From: Ministeria vibrans ATCC 50519
Taxonomy: Eukaryota > Protista > Filasterea
DNA: 64,000 bases
Direction of reading: 5' to 3'
Assembly (NCBI GenBank): GCA_943704425.1
Contig: CALSCP010001214.1
Coordinates: 1 to 64,000 of the forward strand
Made by a program: the position numbers and the translations under genes. Positions 61,714-64,000 of this stretch are shown one piece after another; position 1 is the first letter of the stretch, and each line of letters starts with the position of its first letter. Under the pieces are notes generated by a model. The model was not told where the DNA came from. It ran no database searches and saw only the letters and a list, made by a program, of their open reading frames with translations.

Positions 61714-62847
61714 CTGATTGTGAATGGACGGAAGTGGTGGAGCAGCGGGGCGGGAGACCCACGATGCAAGATTGCGATTGTGATGGGCGTGGTGGTGGGT
61801 GCGGATGGGGAGCGGGAAAACCACAGTGCACACAGTGCGCACACGATGCTGCTGGTTCCTCTGGACACCCCTGGGTTCACCAAGGTCCGCCCGTTGACTG
61901 TCTTTGGCTATGACGATGCTCCCCATGGCCATTTGGAGGTCCGCTTTGACAATGTCAGGGTCCCCGCCTCTAATATTATTCTTGGGCCGGGAAGGGGCTT
62001 TGAGATTGCCCAAGGTACTGAGTACCCGAACCCGTAGTGACAAAAGCGTAACCCTATATGTATATATATACTGCACTCTCCACATTCTCCTTAGGCCGAC
62101 TGGGTCCTGGTCGCATCCATCACTGTATGCGGCTCATTGGACTGGCTGAGCGCTGCTATGATCAAATGATGAAACGAGTAAGGGGAAGAGAGGGATTTTA
62201 AAAGTGTCGATTCATCTCGTTTACTCTACTCCTCGCTGTTTAGGTCACGACACGCATTGCATTTGGCAAACCATTGGCATTCCAAGGAACTATTTTGCGG
62301 GACATTGCTGACTCGCGAATGGAGATTGAGCAGGCGCGTTTGCTGACACTGCAGGCGGCGCATCTGGTGAGTGCGCATGGGAACAGGGCGGCGCGCAGGG
62401 CCGTCTCGATGATCAAGGTGGTCGCGCCCAACATGGCAGTGCGGGTGGTGGACAGGGCTATCCAGGTAGACACAGTGTAGCAGACTGGCTGAGAGAGTGA
62501 AACACAGAGAGCGGAGAGAGAAACAAAGTGACAAGAGGGACAAAATGTTTTTTTTTGCGTGCTCACTTTGTTTTGTCTCTGCCGATGTCGACGTAGGCCC
62601 ATGGCGGTGCGGGTGTGTCGCAGGACTTTTTTCTTGCGTATGCGTACATTGGAGCTCGCAGTCTGCGCATTGCCGATGGCCCCGATGAGGTAATCCCCCC
62701 CTCCGCCCCCACTCCCTCTTCACCCTAAATTACTTTTATTATCATGATGACACTACTGATTTCTCTTCTCCTCTTTCTCTTTGAAAGGTACATCGTATGG
62801 TCATTGCTCGAGGAGAACTCAAGCCTTACTTCAAATCCAACATGTGA
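61714..62847 (+). CDS. ACAD10/ACAD11-type acyl-CoA dehydrogenase, C-terminal half only; ends in PTS1-like SNM
   Basis: [24 protein letters not shown]; [15 protein letters not shown]; [24 protein letters not shown]; IKVVAP; [10 protein letters not shown]; [11 protein letters not shown]. Confidence 0.92.
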
Positions 62848-62918
62848 TGTCTTGCCTTTCCGTCTTCCTTTTTCTTTTACAACAATAATAAGAATTGAAA
62901 CAATAACACATTCATCGA

Positions 62919-63893
62919 CTAAGTTAAGTAATTCCTTGCACGAAACTCGGCAATGACCGACTCTGAGGCAAAGCGACGGGCCCAGCCAAGCACAAAGTCA
63001 CAGGGCACAACACGGCGATCAGCGAGCAGGAGACGGACAGTCTCGGCAGAGCCGCTTTCACAGGCATACTTGAGACAGCTGAAAGACCCCACGGCAGTCG
63101 AGGGGTCTGCGCGTCCGTCTGCAAGCAGTGCCTCGACGATGGGCGCATCGCCACTGCGGCACGCAATGCGAAGGGAGAACTCGCCGCGTCCGCCTGGATC
63201 CGCACGACCGTCCGCCAGCAGCAGTCGTACAATGGCGCAGTGCGATTGCTCGCAGGCATAGCGCAGGCAGTCGCTTGACGCAGCCGCTGGATCCGCTCGC
63301 CCGTCCGCAAGCAGCCACTCAACCATCTCGCGGTTGCCGTGGTAGCTTGCCGAGCGCAGAATGCGGCTTTCGTCGACGCTAGGGTCGGCCTGCGGGTGCT
63401 GGAGCAGGAGGCGGAAGGCAGGCAAGTGGGATGTTCGACAGGGCATCATCGTCAACATTCGACGCGTCACCGCTCGACCATCGTCCAAGAGAAGGCGAAG
63501 TGCATCCAGGTGAAGATGCTCAATGGTGTCGCCCAGGTTGGTGCTGGTGGGCTGCGCAGAGGGCACAGCGAGCAGAAGACGGACAAGTTCAGTGTGTCCG
63601 CCCTGACACGCATCGAAGAGCAGCGCCGCCAGATGCTCCGCCAGGAAGTCAACCGCAAAGGGATACTCTCGACGCGCCACACACACACTCCAGGTGCGCG
63701 AGAGCGACAGCATGTAGCTGCACCAGCGGGCGCCCACGAGCCCCTGCGGATGGGCTACCGCAATACTCCGCCATCCGTCCGAGCCGACCACCTCCCACCA
63801 CCGCTGGCACGTCCACCGAAACTGCGCTGCTGTCAGAGCATCGCAGTACGTGAGAATGTGAACGAGTAGCTCATCGGGAAGCGTCAGAAGCAT
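62919..63893 (-). CDS. Intronless F-box + ankyrin-repeat protein
   Basis: MLLTLPDELLVHILTYCD...FRWTCQRWWEV (F-box); repeats A...G...IV..LLADGRADP. The ORF also has an upstream in-frame ATG at 63932. Confidence 0.85.
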   Translation of the reverse strand: MLLTLPDELLVHILTYCDALTAAQFRWTCQRWWEVVGSDGWRSIAVAHPQGLVGARWCSYMLSLSRTWSVCVARREYPFAVDFLAEHLAALLFDACQGGHTELVRLLLAVPSAQPTSTNLGDTIEHLHLDALRLLLDDGRAVTRRMLTMMPCRTSHLPAFRLLLQHPQADPSVDESRILRSASYHGNREMVEWLLADGRADPAAASSDCLRYACEQSHCAIVRLLLADGRADPGGRGEFSLRIACRSGDAPIVEALLADGRADPSTAVGSFSCLKYACESGSAETVRLLLADRRVVPCDFVLGWARRFASESVIAEFRARNYLT

Positions 63894-64000
63894 AAAATAA
63901 CAGTGAAATGTGAATAAGAACTTACAAGTCATAAGTTGTATATATCAAATTATCAAAATTATTCGAGTTCCTCCCCTCCACTTTACTGCAGTGAAGCACC

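Overview
Compact, intron-rich eukaryotic genome segment with GT-AG introns, microsatellite-filled introns and several N gaps. The gene content suggests a flagellated unicellular holozoan-like protist (inference only). About 18 genes are supported: an atypical E2F7/8, a CYK-4/RACGAP1-type GAP, dynein-2 intermediate chain (WDR60), UROS, a mitochondrial-type HSP20, a PH-RhoGAP, snurportin-1, HGH1, NDUFA4-like, GET3, ASNSD1, TSR1, RAD9, CAND1, an ACAD10/11-type dehydrogenase, an F-box/ankyrin protein and a secreted DOPA-dioxygenase-family protein with a knottin-like tail. The most unusual part is a 25-kb cell-surface block (24.1-48.8 kb) with three genes. (A) A ~3,100-aa secreted EGF-repeat protein in which four EGF modules are split between Cys3 and Cys4 by 179-212-aa inserted, bacterial-like beta-sandwich domains. 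(B) A Notch-like single-pass receptor with 36 visible EGF repeats and a PDZ-ligand tail. (C) A divergently oriented PTB + ~17 filamin-repeat protein that lacks the actin-binding CH domains. All gene models were spliced by eye and all family assignments come from recalled motifs; no database search was run.
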